Position numbers and translations under genes: made by a program
Shown here: one piece after another, positions 1 through 9,185 of the stretch
Layout of the letters: every line of letters starts with the position of its first letter
Numbering within the stretch: position 1 is the first letter of the stretch
Assembly: GCA_965223905.1 (NCBI GenBank)
Contig: CBDCXV010000011.1
Location: 384,001-448,000 of the forward strand
Origin: Candidatus Latescibacterota bacterium
GTDB taxonomy: Bacteria > Latescibacterota > UBA2968 > UBA8231
DNA length: 64,000 nt
Direction of reading: 5' to 3'
The notes under the pieces: model-generated
Database searches by the model: none
Seen by the model: the letters and a program-made list of their open reading frames with translations, nothing else
Told to the model about the DNA's origin: nothing

Positions 1-979
1 TTCGCCTCAAATCGTGCAGCCGCACGCCTTCGATGCCGGCATCGGCGCATACCTGTTGGAAGTGCAGACGCACGTTGCGATAGGTGCAGGGGGCTTTTCC
101 CGTTGCGCTGAACGTCCATTCACTGAAGCGGGGAAGCTGGCGGAGCACTTCGAGGGCAGGTGCCGGCAGATCATGCTGCCTCCGACCGGTTTTGGTCACC
201 GGCAGCGTCAGCCGGCCCGACTCGAAATCGACATGGTCCCACTTCATCCTCAGGATCTCGCCGATTCTCAAGCCGGTCAATGCGGCGATTCGGATCGCGG
301 CGACGACGGCGGGATTTCGTTCCTCGTGCCGATTCAGCGCCTTGGCGAGGGCGGCCAGCTCCGATGGCGACAGTACCCGGTCGCGCGGTTCCATCCGCGC
401 CCGCTCGATTCCCCGGCAGGGGTTGCTATGCTGTGGCCTCCAACCCCACGCCTCGAACAGGTTGAACAACCGCGAGACGAGCGCGAGCGTCCTGTTTCGC
501 TGCGCCTTGCCCAAGGGTGCGACCATTCGCTCGACGTGCTCGCGGGTCACTGCGGCGACCTTGCGCCGGCCCAGCTCCGGCTCCAGGTAGCGGCCGGCCT
601 GCCATGTGTAGTCCCGCACGCTGCTCGAACTCAGGCGGCCGATGCGTACCCGCTCAGGTACGAACTCTTCGAAGAACCGGCGCAGCCCGTCGGCCACACT
701 TGGGGCTTCCACCCGCGCCCGTTTTTCTTCGAGGGGGTCCTCCCCGTCCCGGATGCGCAGCAGTTGCGCAGCGGCCCGGTCGCGGACGATCTTCAAGGGG
801 ATTTGGCCTGCCCGGGCCAAGGTGATCCGACGCTCGCGGCCGTCGACGCGGTAATTGAGGACGAACGCCTTGGTTCCACCTGGAGCGATCCTGAGCCCCA
901 GACCCTTGACTTCCCTATCCCAAATGATGCGAGTTTTCCGTTCCGGTTGGGCGTCCCGGATGATGCGCTCTGTCAGCAT
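1..979 (-). CDS. Tyrosine recombinase/integrase, P4-like with N-terminal arm-binding domain (3' end runs off the window)
   Basis: Not in the ORF track because it is open at the edge. Manual translation from ATG 979: MLTERIIRDAQPERKTRIIWDREVKGLGLRIAPGGTKAFVLNYRVDGRERRITL...ALTGLRIGEI...TKTG...GVRLHDLRR. Contains the catalytic R, K and HxxR motifs. Confidence 0.93.
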   Translation of the reverse strand, partial: MLTERIIRDAQPERKTRIIWDREVKGLGLRIAPGGTKAFVLNYRVDGRERRITLARAGQIPLKIVRDRAAAQLLRIRDGEDPLEEKRARVEAPSVADGLRRFFEEFVPERVRIGRLSSSSVRDYTWQAGRYLEPELGRRKVAAVTREHVERMVAPLGKAQRNRTLALVSRLFNLFEAWGWRPQHSNPCRGIERARMEPRDRVLSPSELAALAKALNRHEERNPAVVAAIRIAALTGLRIGEILRMKWDHVDFESGRLTLPVTKTGRRQHDLPAPALEVLRQLPRFSEWTFSATGKAPCTYRNVRLHFQQVCADAGIEGVRLHDLRR

Positions 980-1078
980 GTGTCAGCAATCTCCTTTTGC
1001 TGACACGGTTTTTCCTGTCGAAGGTGAGTAGGTCGCCATTTGTCAGCAATTTGTCGGCCAATCGACAAAATACTGACA
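971..1078. repeat. Putative integrase arm-type binding sites (TGTCAGCA repeats)
   Basis: TGTCAGCA at 971, 981 and 1041; inverted TGCTGACA at 998; variants TGTCGGCC at 1052 and TACTGACA at 1071. Confidence 0.6.
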
Positions 1079-1189
1079 AACCCGGACTAACACAAGATAA
1101 ACGAGATAATCCTCTTAACCCATTGAGCCTGAGCAGAATACAAAGGAGATTAATACAGGATAATGCGGGGGAAAACCCAAAAAATTACG

Positions 1190-1234
1190 CTCGTAATGAG
1201 TAGGTCGCCGGTTCGAATCCGGCGGGTGGCTCCA
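1190..1234 (+). other. att site: 3' fragment of tRNA-Thr(CGT), anticodon loop to CCA
   Basis: CTCGTAA-TGAGT-AGGTC-GCCGG-TTCGAAT-CCGGC-GGGTGGCT-CCA. No matching 5' acceptor strand or D arm upstream. Confidence 0.88.
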
Positions 1235-1246
1235 TGAATGAGAACA

Positions 1247-1279
1247 GGCACCTGACGAACAGCGTCCAGGTGCTTTTTT
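1247..1279 (+). terminator. Rho-independent terminator, probably the original tRNA terminator
   Basis: GCACCTG...CAGGTGC stem followed by T6. Confidence 0.75.
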
Positions 1280-1395
1280 CATGATGTTTGTGCCGGTTGA
1301 ACGGTATTGACTGCATGCACTCCGAAACTCTCCCCGAATCCCCACTCAAGCCAGGGTCTTCAAGCATCCCTGCAGTCCTGGGAAGATGAGAGGGG

Positions 1396-1809
1396 ATGAC
1401 GGCCGCGGACCTGCCGGACCTCAATGCCGGCCTCAATACCCTCAGCGCCCTGTTTCTCGGGCTGGGGTATTTCCAGATCCGGCGCCGCCGGACCCGCAAG
1501 CACATGCGCGCCATGCTGGCGGCGCTGTTCACCTCCGCCCTTTTCCTGTGCTCCTATCTCTTCTACCACTGGACCGTCGGGTCCGTACCCTATCCCCACC
1601 GGGACTGGACCCGCTGGCTCTACTTCGCCGTCCTGATTCCTCACGCGATTCTCGCCATGGTCATGGTGCCCTTCATCCTTCTGTCCCTGTGGCACGCATT
1701 CCGGGGGCAGTTTGGGCGTCACGCGCGGATCACCCGATGGATCTGGCCCGTCTGGATGTACGTGTCCGTCAGCGGCGTAGTCGTGTACGCGATGCTCTAT
1801 AGGATGTAG
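1396..1809 (+). CDS. DUF420 family membrane protein
   Basis: LPDLNAGLN start, four hydrophobic helices, HARITRWIWPVWMYVSVSGVVVY. Confidence 0.85.
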   Translation: MTAADLPDLNAGLNTLSALFLGLGYFQIRRRRTRKHMRAMLAALFTSALFLCSYLFYHWTVGSVPYPHRDWTRWLYFAVLIPHAILAMVMVPFILLSLWHAFRGQFGRHARITRWIWPVWMYVSVSGVVVYAMLYRM

Positions 1810-1988
1810 CTGACGACTGTCCCGGGGTGCCGGCGGCCTGTATGCCGAAGCCGGACCTCCGCCGGGGCGGCGATTTCTTGACATCGATTCGGGGCTCCGG
1901 TACACTCGATCGTCCCCGCATCGATCGATGCAATACTTCCGCAATCTTCCGATTCACCCTGAACGACTTCACCGGGACCCTCCCTTCC

Positions 1989-3008
1989 ATGAGTAGGTCT
2001 TCGAGGCTGATCCTCGGTGCAATGGTGGCGGCCGCGGTTGCCGCTGCATCCGGCCTCACGGCCGCAGCCTCGTGGCTGAACCAGCCCACAGGAGTCGCCG
2101 AGCAGATGGTCCGCATCGAAAAGGGGATGAACGCGCGCCAGATAGGCGATCTCCTCGAGGAGCGCGGGTTGGTGCGCAGCGCTTGGGCCTTTTCCTGGAA
2201 CGCGCGGCTGCGCGGGCTTGCCCGCCAGCTCGAAGCCGGACGCTACCCTCTCTCCGGCGCCATGAGCAACCGCGAAATCCTTGAGGGCCTGCGGCAGGCG
2301 CCCCTGGAAATGGATCGCGTGACCGTCCCCGAAGGCCTGACCTTGAGCGAAACCGCGGCCCTGCTGCAGAAGCGGGGGTTTGCCGACTCCGCCCGTTTCG
2401 CCAGCCTCGCAACCGATCTGGAAATGGTCCGCAGGCAGGGGGTCGAGGCTGCGAGCCTCGAGGGGTACCTGTTTCCGGAAACCTATTTCTTCGACAAGGG
2501 GGTATCGGAGAAGGAGATAATAGATCGCATGGTCTCCGAGTTTTTCACCGTTGTCGACAACTCGTTGATGGCGCGCCTCGACTCTCTCGAAATGTCGCTG
2601 CACGAAGCGGTTACCCTGGCTTCGATTATCGAGGGCGAAGCCAGGTTGGAAAGCGAGCGCACGATCATTTCGTCGATCTTCCACCGCCGCCTCAAACTGC
2701 GGCGTCGACTCGAATCGTGCGCTACCGTCGAGTACGCCTTGGGCATTCACAAGGAACGGCTGAGCAACGAGGATCTGCAGGTGAAATCGCCGTTCAACAC
2801 CTACCTCCACCGGGGCCTGCCTCCCGGGCCCATCGGCAATCCCGGCAGGGCCTCGCTGAGGGCGACGCTGTATCCCGCCGACACCGACTATCTGTATTTC
2901 GTGGCGCGCGGCGACGGCACCCATTCCTTCAATCGCACCAACAGGGAGCACGAAGCCGCCAAACGGGCAATCCGACGCGAGAAGCGCGAGCGCCGGAGCC
3001 GGGGGTAG
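1989..3008 (+). CDS. mltG: Endolytic transglycosylase MltG
   Basis: VTVPEG, LEGYLFPETY, LASIIEGEA, SPFNTY, GLPPGPIGNPG, YLYFVA. Confidence 0.93.
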   Translation: MSRSSRLILGAMVAAAVAAASGLTAAASWLNQPTGVAEQMVRIEKGMNARQIGDLLEERGLVRSAWAFSWNARLRGLARQLEAGRYPLSGAMSNREILEGLRQAPLEMDRVTVPEGLTLSETAALLQKRGFADSARFASLATDLEMVRRQGVEAASLEGYLFPETYFFDKGVSEKEIIDRMVSEFFTVVDNSLMARLDSLEMSLHEAVTLASIIEGEARLESERTIISSIFHRRLKLRRRLESCATVEYALGIHKERLSNEDLQVKSPFNTYLHRGLPPGPIGNPGRASLRATLYPADTDYLYFVARGDGTHSFNRTNREHEAAKRAIRREKRERRSRG

Positions 3009-3045
3009 CCGCGACATATGGCGCCTTGACAGCCTCTCCCCGACC

Positions 3046-5349
3046 GTGAATCCGATCACCGACCTCAACCCCGCCCAACGGGAAGCGGTTCAGTGCACCG
3101 AAGGACCGCTCCTCGTTCTCGCCGGCGCAGGCTCCGGCAAAACCAGGGTGCTTACATGCCGCATCGCCCATCTCATCGATGCCGCCGGTGTCCCGCCTTG
3201 GAATATCCTCGCCGTGACCTTCACCAACAAGGCGGCCGGGGAGATGCGGGAGCGCATCGAGGGACTGGTCGGCAGCGACAGCGCCGGCATCTGGATGGGC
3301 ACTTTCCACTCGGTCTGCGCGCGCATCCTGCGCTACGAGTCGCAGGCTTTCGGACTCGATTCGTCGTTCACCATATACGACGAGGAGGACCGCCGCCTCA
3401 TGATCCGCAAAATCCTGGCGGACCTCGAAGTCGACGAACAAGAGCTCTCGTGGCGCGCCGCGGCCGCCCGCATATCGCGCGCAAAGAACGGAATGGCGGA
3501 CGCCGAGGCTTTAAGGGGACAGATCACCTCTTCCAGCCCGCCGCAGAACCGCATCACCGCCGACGTATTCGAGCGCTACGAGGCGGAACTGCGGCAAAAC
3601 AACGCCTTCGATTTCGACGATCTCATCTGTGAGCCGGTGCGGCGGTTCCAGCAGTTCCCGGAGGTGCTCGAAAAATACCGCAATCGCTTTCGCTACATCC
3701 TGATCGACGAGTACCAGGACACAAACCGACCGCAGTACCTGCTCTCCAGGCTACTGGCCCGGGAACACCGCAACATCTGTTGCGTCGGCGACGACGATCA
3801 ATCGATCTACCAGTTCCGCGGCGCCGACATCCGCAACATCCTCGACTTCGAACGGGACTACCCCGAGGCCACCGTCGTTCGCCTCGAGCAGAACTACCGC
3901 TCGACAAAGCGCATTCTCGAAGCGGCGAACGCCGTCATCCAGAACAACCTCGACCGCAAGGGGAAAAACCTTTGGACACAAGCCGACCAAGGGGATCCGC
4001 TCCGCGTCGGAGACTGCGGCGACGATCGCACGGAAGCGCGTCATATCGTCGCCGCGATCACCGAAACCTGTGGGACGGAAGGTCTGTCCCTGAGCGAAGC
4101 GGCAGTGCTGTACCGGACCAATGCGCAGTCACGGGCCCTCGAGGAGGAGTTGCAACGAGGGGGGATTCCGTATGTGATAGTCGGCGGCATCCGCTTCTAC
4201 GAACGCAGGGAAATCAAGGATCTCCTCGCCTATTTCAGGCTGCTGGCGAATCCGGCCGATGACGTCAGCCTGCTTCGGATCATCAACGTTCCCAAACGCG
4301 GAATCGGCGCGGCCACGGTGGAGCGCCTGCGTGAGTTCGCCACCCGGCACCGGATCGGCCTCCTGCAGGCGGTTGTGGAGGAGGAGACCATCCCCGGCCT
4401 GAGCGCCCGCGCTGCAAACTGCCTCGAGCGCTTCGCCGGCACCCTTCGCGGCCTGCGCCGGGAGTACGAGCGCCTCGAGCTGCCGGAACTCGCCGAGCAG
4501 GTGCTGGTGCGGACCGGGTATCTCGACGCCCTCCGCGACGACCCTTCGGTGGAAGCCAGATCGCGCGAGGAGAACATCGACCAGCTGCTGGCGAGGATCG
4601 CCGAGTTCCACGAGTCAGGGCCGGCGGAATCGAGCGGTTCCGAAAGGCCCGGGCTTGAGGGTTTCCTGGAAGAGGTGGCCCTGATGTCGCCTGTCGACGA
4701 GGCAGGGACCGAGGCGGATTCCGTCACCCTGATGACCCTGCACATGGCCAAGGGGCTCGAGTTCCCCCTGATCGTGATCGCCGGCATGGAGGAAGGGCTA
4801 TTACCGACGGCGCGGGCCATCGAGGAGAGCCGCAATGGTGGGGCCGAGATCGAAGAGGAGCGCCGCCTGTTCTATGTCGGCATCACCCGGGCGCAGCGCT
4901 TTCTGACGCTGACCTTCGCGCGCTGGCGCTACTCCTTCGGCTCCCTCAGCCCAACCGAGCCCTCCCGGTTTCTCGAGGAGATTCCGCAGAACCTGGTCGA
5001 GGCGGAGAAGGTTTCGCACCGCGAAGGGATAGGTTTCGCCGCCGCGCAAAGACGCGCCGACGCCGACCGCAGGCGGGCCTCCATGCGGACACGGCGCTTT
5101 CCTGCCCCGGAACCCAGGGCGGCCGTGAAAAAAGGCATCCACTATGATTTCGCCGAAGAGCAGGAACCCGCGGCCGGGGACGGCAACGACCTGCTCGCGG
5201 TCGGACGCTGGGTCCGGCACCCCGCCTTCGGCCGCGGCGAGATCGTCGACCGCGAGGGCAGCGGCGAGGATCTCAAGCTGTCGATCCGCTTCGGTTCATC
5301 GCGGCCGAAGAAAATAGTTGTGGCGTACGCGCAGCTGGAGCCCGCCTAG
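3046..5349 (+). CDS. pcrA: ATP-dependent DNA helicase PcrA/UvrD
   Basis: AGAGSGKT, DEYQDTN, VGDDDQSIY, LEQNYRS, TLHMAKGLEF, EERRLFYVGITRA, and a C-terminal Tudor-like VRHPAFGRG. Confidence 0.96.
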   Translation: MNPITDLNPAQREAVQCTEGPLLVLAGAGSGKTRVLTCRIAHLIDAAGVPPWNILAVTFTNKAAGEMRERIEGLVGSDSAGIWMGTFHSVCARILRYESQAFGLDSSFTIYDEEDRRLMIRKILADLEVDEQELSWRAAAARISRAKNGMADAEALRGQITSSSPPQNRITADVFERYEAELRQNNAFDFDDLICEPVRRFQQFPEVLEKYRNRFRYILIDEYQDTNRPQYLLSRLLAREHRNICCVGDDDQSIYQFRGADIRNILDFERDYPEATVVRLEQNYRSTKRILEAANAVIQNNLDRKGKNLWTQADQGDPLRVGDCGDDRTEARHIVAAITETCGTEGLSLSEAAVLYRTNAQSRALEEELQRGGIPYVIVGGIRFYERREIKDLLAYFRLLANPADDVSLLRIINVPKRGIGAATVERLREFATRHRIGLLQAVVEEETIPGLSARAANCLERFAGTLRGLRREYERLELPELAEQVLVRTGYLDALRDDPSVEARSREENIDQLLARIAEFHESGPAESSGSERPGLEGFLEEVALMSPVDEAGTEADSVTLMTLHMAKGLEFPLIVIAGMEEGLLPTARAIEESRNGGAEIEEERRLFYVGITRAQRFLTLTFARWRYSFGSLSPTEPSRFLEEIPQNLVEAEKVSHREGIGFAAAQRRADADRRRASMRTRRFPAPEPRAAVKKGIHYDFAEEQEPAAGDGNDLLAVGRWVRHPAFGRGEIVDREGSGEDLKLSIRFGSSRPKKIVVAYAQLEPA

Positions 5350-5537
5350 GGCCTCCCCTCGACTTGCCCGTGAAGGCGAAATCTCGTCTGTAGCGGAGGG
5401 GGATGAATCTCGGTTTCATTCCAAACCCCTTCATCTGCATTCTCCCCAATCCGGTCTCCGCGGCTTCCGGCAGGAGTCCGATTTTGCCACATTGAGCCAC
5501 CCCGCTTAAGTTTGCTAATTGATTGTAAATCACAACC

Positions 5538-6893
5538 TTGGAGCAACTAGTGGGAGCGGCGGACCGCGGCCTTGACCAACCCCTTCGGGTTTCCTTTACG
5601 AACGTCGGCTGCAAGCTGAACCAGCATGAGTTGGAGACGCTGCAGAACGGTTTCGACCGCCGCGGCCATACCGTGGTCGGGGACGGGGATGCGGACGTCT
5701 GCGTGGTCAATACCTGCACCGTAACCGGCTCGGGCGACGCCGATTCCCGCAAGGCCGTTCGCCGGGCCCGGCGCAGGAACCCTGGGGCCACGGTGGTGGC
5801 TACCGGCTGCTACGCTCAGCGGCGCCCGCTGGAACTCACTGCAGCCGGGGCTCACCTCGTTCTCGGCAACGACCGCAAGGCCGACCTGCTGCAGCTGGTC
5901 GAGGGCTATCTCGCCGGCGATGAGGAGCTTCCGCCCCCGGAAGCGGTGGAAGCTCCCGTTGGTCGCTTCCTCGAAATCGAGGGAGCCGTAGCCCGGGGCC
6001 GCACCCGGGGCACCTTGAAGATCCAGGACGGCTGCGACGAGCACTGCACCTACTGCATAATTCCCGCGGTGCGCGGGAAGGGGATCAGCAGGCCCGCGGG
6101 AGAGGTGGTCAATCAGGCGAGAAAAATGGTGGAGGCCGGGTACCGCGAGCTCGCTATCACCGGCGTTCACACCGGCAGCTACGGCGAGGACAGCGGCAGG
6201 CCAAGCACTCTCGTGCCCCTGCTGAAGGAGCTCGACTGCATCGACGGCCTGGAGCGCGTCCGCCTCAACTCGGTGGAACCTGCCTACGTCAGTGAGACGC
6301 TTATAGACCACGCCGCTAGTTCGGCGAAGTTCTGCCGCCATTTCCACATTCCCCTGCAAAGCGGCGACGATGCCGTCCTGCGCCGCATGGGCCGCCGCTA
6401 CCGGCGCCGCGACTACGCCGCCATGATCGAACGCATTCACTCGGTGATCCCGGATTGCGCCATAGGGGCCGACGTCATGGTCGGATTCCCTGGGGAAGAG
6501 CGGGTCCACTTCGACAACACCTGCTCGCTCCTGCGCGACCTTCCGGTCTCCTACCTGCACGTGTTCCCGTACTCCCTGCGTACAGAAACACCAGCGGAGC
6601 GGCTAGCTGGCCACGTGAGCCGCGGCGAAAAGGCCGAAAGGGCGCGGGAGCTGATCGCTCTCGGAAACGAGAAGCGTATGCGCTTCCACCGCCATTTCGT
6701 CGGCTGCAGGGTATATCCGCTCGTCGAGGACCGACGCGACCGGGTCAGCGGACTCCCACTCGGGCTGACCGACAACTACGTCAAGGTGGCCATCGACTCC
6801 GGCGGCGATCTGGCCCCGGGCAGCATCGTCGCCGCCGACGTCACCCGGGCCCGGGAGGACATGGTGTACGGGACCGCCGGAGCCGGGACATGA
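5538..6893 (+). CDS. mtaB: tRNA t6A37 methylthiotransferase MtaB
   Basis: GCKLNQHE, NTCTVT, KIQDGCDEHCTYC radical-SAM motif, LHVFPYS. Confidence 0.9.
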   Translation: MEQLVGAADRGLDQPLRVSFTNVGCKLNQHELETLQNGFDRRGHTVVGDGDADVCVVNTCTVTGSGDADSRKAVRRARRRNPGATVVATGCYAQRRPLELTAAGAHLVLGNDRKADLLQLVEGYLAGDEELPPPEAVEAPVGRFLEIEGAVARGRTRGTLKIQDGCDEHCTYCIIPAVRGKGISRPAGEVVNQARKMVEAGYRELAITGVHTGSYGEDSGRPSTLVPLLKELDCIDGLERVRLNSVEPAYVSETLIDHAASSAKFCRHFHIPLQSGDDAVLRRMGRRYRRRDYAAMIERIHSVIPDCAIGADVMVGFPGEERVHFDNTCSLLRDLPVSYLHVFPYSLRTETPAERLAGHVSRGEKAERARELIALGNEKRMRFHRHFVGCRVYPLVEDRRDRVSGLPLGLTDNYVKVAIDSGGDLAPGSIVAADVTRAREDMVYGTAGAGT

Positions 6894-8296
6894 ACGCTGC
6901 TACGGCCACACCGGGACAGCTGATCCCGCCGCAGGAGATCCTCCGCGAGCCTGCCGACCTCGCTGTGGCCCCAGCCACGGGCCGTAGCGCCTACATCGAG
7001 ACCTACGGCTGCCAGATGAACGTCGCCGATACCGAGCTGGTGGCGACCATCCTCGGGGACGCCGGCTACAGGATGTGCGAACGCCCCGAGCAGGCCGACG
7101 TAATCCTGATCAACACCTGCGCTGTGCGGGAACACGCCGAGGAGCGGGTGATCGGAAGGGCCTCCCAGCTCAGCGGCCTGCGGGCACAGCGAGCAGGCCT
7201 GACGCTCGGAATCCTCGGATGCATGGCTCAACACCTCTCCAAGAGTCTGCCTCGGCGGGCCCCGTTCGTCGACCTGGTCGTCGGCCCGGATTCGTACCAG
7301 CGCCTTCCCGAAATACTCGCCCAGACCTCCGACGAAACACTGCTCGACGTTCGCCTTAGCCGCAGCGAAAACTACGCCGGCCTCGATCCGACCCGGAGCT
7401 CGGGAACCAACGCATGGGTGACGATAATCCGCGGCTGCGACAAGTTCTGCACCTTCTGCATCGTTCCCTACGTGCGCGGCCGCGAGCGCAGCCTCGAAGC
7501 CGCGGAGGTTCTAAGGCAGGTGCGCCGCATCGCCGCGGAGGGGTTCCGGCAGGTCACCCTTCTGGGGCAGACGGTCAACTCCTACCTGGACGACTCCGGT
7601 GTGGATTTCGCCGCCCTGTTGCGATCGGTGGCCGCTGTCGAGGGCATCGAGCGCATCCGCTTCACTTCTCCCTACCCGGTCGATTTCGACGACCGCACCA
7701 TCGAGGCGATGGCAACTGTTCCCGAAATCTCCCCCTCCCTGCACCTTCCGGTGCAGAGCGCCAGCGACCGCCTGCTCGGGCTGATGAAGCGCGGCTACAC
7801 GATTTCTCAGTACCGCGACCTCGTCGGCCGCTTGCGCGAGGCGGTCCCCGGCCTCGCCCTGACTACGGACGTCATCGTCGGCTTCTGTTCGGAGACCGAC
7901 GCCGAGTTCGAGCAGACCTGCGACCTGATGAAGGAGATCCGCTACGACTCGGCTTTCATGTTCAAGTACTCCGAGCGCCCGGGAACGGCCGCCCACCGCG
8001 GCATTCCGGACGACGTGCAGGAGCAGGTGAAGGCCGAGCGGCTGCAGGAGGTAATTCGGCTACAGGAACGGATCTCGGGGGAGATCAACGAGGCCGCGGT
8101 CGGCCGCACCGTCGAGGTGCTTGTCGAAGGGCCCAGCAGGCGCAGTGCAAAATCGGGAACCCCTTCCAACTACGGGCGCTCCCCGCAGGGCAAGACCGTG
8201 GTTTTTCCGGAAGCAGCCGAGCCCAACTCCCTGATTGAAGTCCGCGTCGACCGGGTGACGTCCCACACCCTCTACGGAACGCGGATCGAGACCTGA
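6890..8296 (+). CDS. miaB: tRNA i6A37 methylthiotransferase MiaB
   Basis: ETYGCQMNVAD, GCDKFCTFC, LLGQTVNSY, FKYSERPGT, TRAM domain; ATGA overlap with mtaB. Confidence 0.93.
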   Translation: MNAATATPGQLIPPQEILREPADLAVAPATGRSAYIETYGCQMNVADTELVATILGDAGYRMCERPEQADVILINTCAVREHAEERVIGRASQLSGLRAQRAGLTLGILGCMAQHLSKSLPRRAPFVDLVVGPDSYQRLPEILAQTSDETLLDVRLSRSENYAGLDPTRSSGTNAWVTIIRGCDKFCTFCIVPYVRGRERSLEAAEVLRQVRRIAAEGFRQVTLLGQTVNSYLDDSGVDFAALLRSVAAVEGIERIRFTSPYPVDFDDRTIEAMATVPEISPSLHLPVQSASDRLLGLMKRGYTISQYRDLVGRLREAVPGLALTTDVIVGFCSETDAEFEQTCDLMKEIRYDSAFMFKYSERPGTAAHRGIPDDVQEQVKAERLQEVIRLQERISGEINEAAVGRTVEVLVEGPSRRSAKSGTPSNYGRSPQGKTVVFPEAAEPNSLIEVRVDRVTSHTLYGTRIET

Positions 8297-8306
8297 ACCC
8301 GGGCTC

Positions 8307-9185
8307 CTACAGCCCGCTGGCGAGCTCGTCGGTCCAGGGCCCGTCCTCCCCTTCGTCTCTCTCCCCGTCGCTGACCCTCAGTAGTTTCCACTCCGCGAAC
8401 TCACCCGGGGTGCGGCCGCGGCCGCAGTACGACCGGTACTCGCAGTGGCGGCATTCGCGCCTGTCCTCGGTGCGCGGGAACCCCTCCGGTTCCCCGTTCT
8501 GGGCAAGGGACGAAATCTCGGCGATCGTCCTCCGCAGACGGTCCCCCGCTTCCGCGTGCAGGGCCTCGGAGTAGCGGATCGGCTCGAGGGCGTCCGGGAA
8601 CCCGGCGTGCCAGTACTGGAGCTCAAGGCGCCCGGGATCGATCGACCTTGCGCCCGCTCCGTCGATCAGGGCGCCCCCCACTTCGGTGAAGACGTAACAG
8701 TAGACCGCGGTTTGCCAGCTGCGCTGCAGCTCGGCTTGCCGCGGCCGCAACCCGCCCGTCTTCCAGTCGATGATGCTTATGCTGGCGCCCCTGCCGGGCG
8801 CCGGCAGCACGATGCGGTCGAACTTGGCGACGGCGCTGAACTTCCCCACCGCTGCCGAGAGCTCCACTTCGCTGAGAACGCGCTCCCCAGCCCCGGGACG
8901 TGGGGCGGACTGCAGGTAGTTCCCCCACCAGCCTGCCAACACCGGGTCGCCGCGGGCCGCCACAGTGGCTTCGACGTCGAGGCCTAGCGCGGACTGCTGT
9001 ACGAGGAGGTGAAACAGCTGCCCCCGCCGGGTGGCCTCCTCCCACTGTTCCTCCGAGTCGGTGACAGGAGCAGGCCATTCCAGCTCGTCGACGTAGCGCA
9101 GAAAGAACCGCCGCCGGCAGCGATCGAACGCCTGCAGCCCGCTCTGGCTGAAGCGGAATTCCCCTCCGATGCCGGTACCGGTCAC
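8307..9185 (-). CDS. PD-(D/E)XK nuclease, RecB/AddB/Cas4-like, with 4-Cys Fe-S staple
   Basis: FSQSGLQAFDRCRRRF, RGQLFH, E-x-ELS, AKFDRI, IIDWKTG, QTAVY, CRHCEYRSYC; GTGA overlap with the upstream helicase. Confidence 0.85.
   Translation of the reverse strand: MTGTGIGGEFRFSQSGLQAFDRCRRRFFLRYVDELEWPAPVTDSEEQWEEATRRGQLFHLLVQQSALGLDVEATVAARGDPVLAGWWGNYLQSAPRPGAGERVLSEVELSAAVGKFSAVAKFDRIVLPAPGRGASISIIDWKTGGLRPRQAELQRSWQTAVYCYVFTEVGGALIDGAGARSIDPGRLELQYWHAGFPDALEPIRYSEALHAEAGDRLRRTIAEISSLAQNGEPEGFPRTEDRRECRHCEYRSYCGRGRTPGEFAEWKLLRVSDGERDEGEDGPWTDELASGL

Larger units (their letters stand above)
1..1234. mobile_element. Right end of a tRNA-Thr-integrated genomic island or prophage
   Basis: Integrase next to a tRNA 3' fragment, arm-type repeats, and an AT-richer spacer at 990-1190. 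Confidence 0.8.

Noticed and set aside
14-1003. 329-aa plus-strand ORF, and many other long antisense ORFs (e.g. 1797-3068, 18772-19953, 54945-56162)
   Set aside because: Shadow ORFs of real genes on the opposite strand, caused by high-GC codon bias; no recognisable motifs.
1160-1234. Complete tRNA-Thr gene
   Set aside because: The 5' acceptor strand, D arm and 5' anticodon stem are absent, so it is an att fragment.
8307-9185. Cas4 as part of a CRISPR-Cas system
   Set aside because: No cas1/cas2 and no repeat-spacer array in the window; the gene is coupled to helicases instead.
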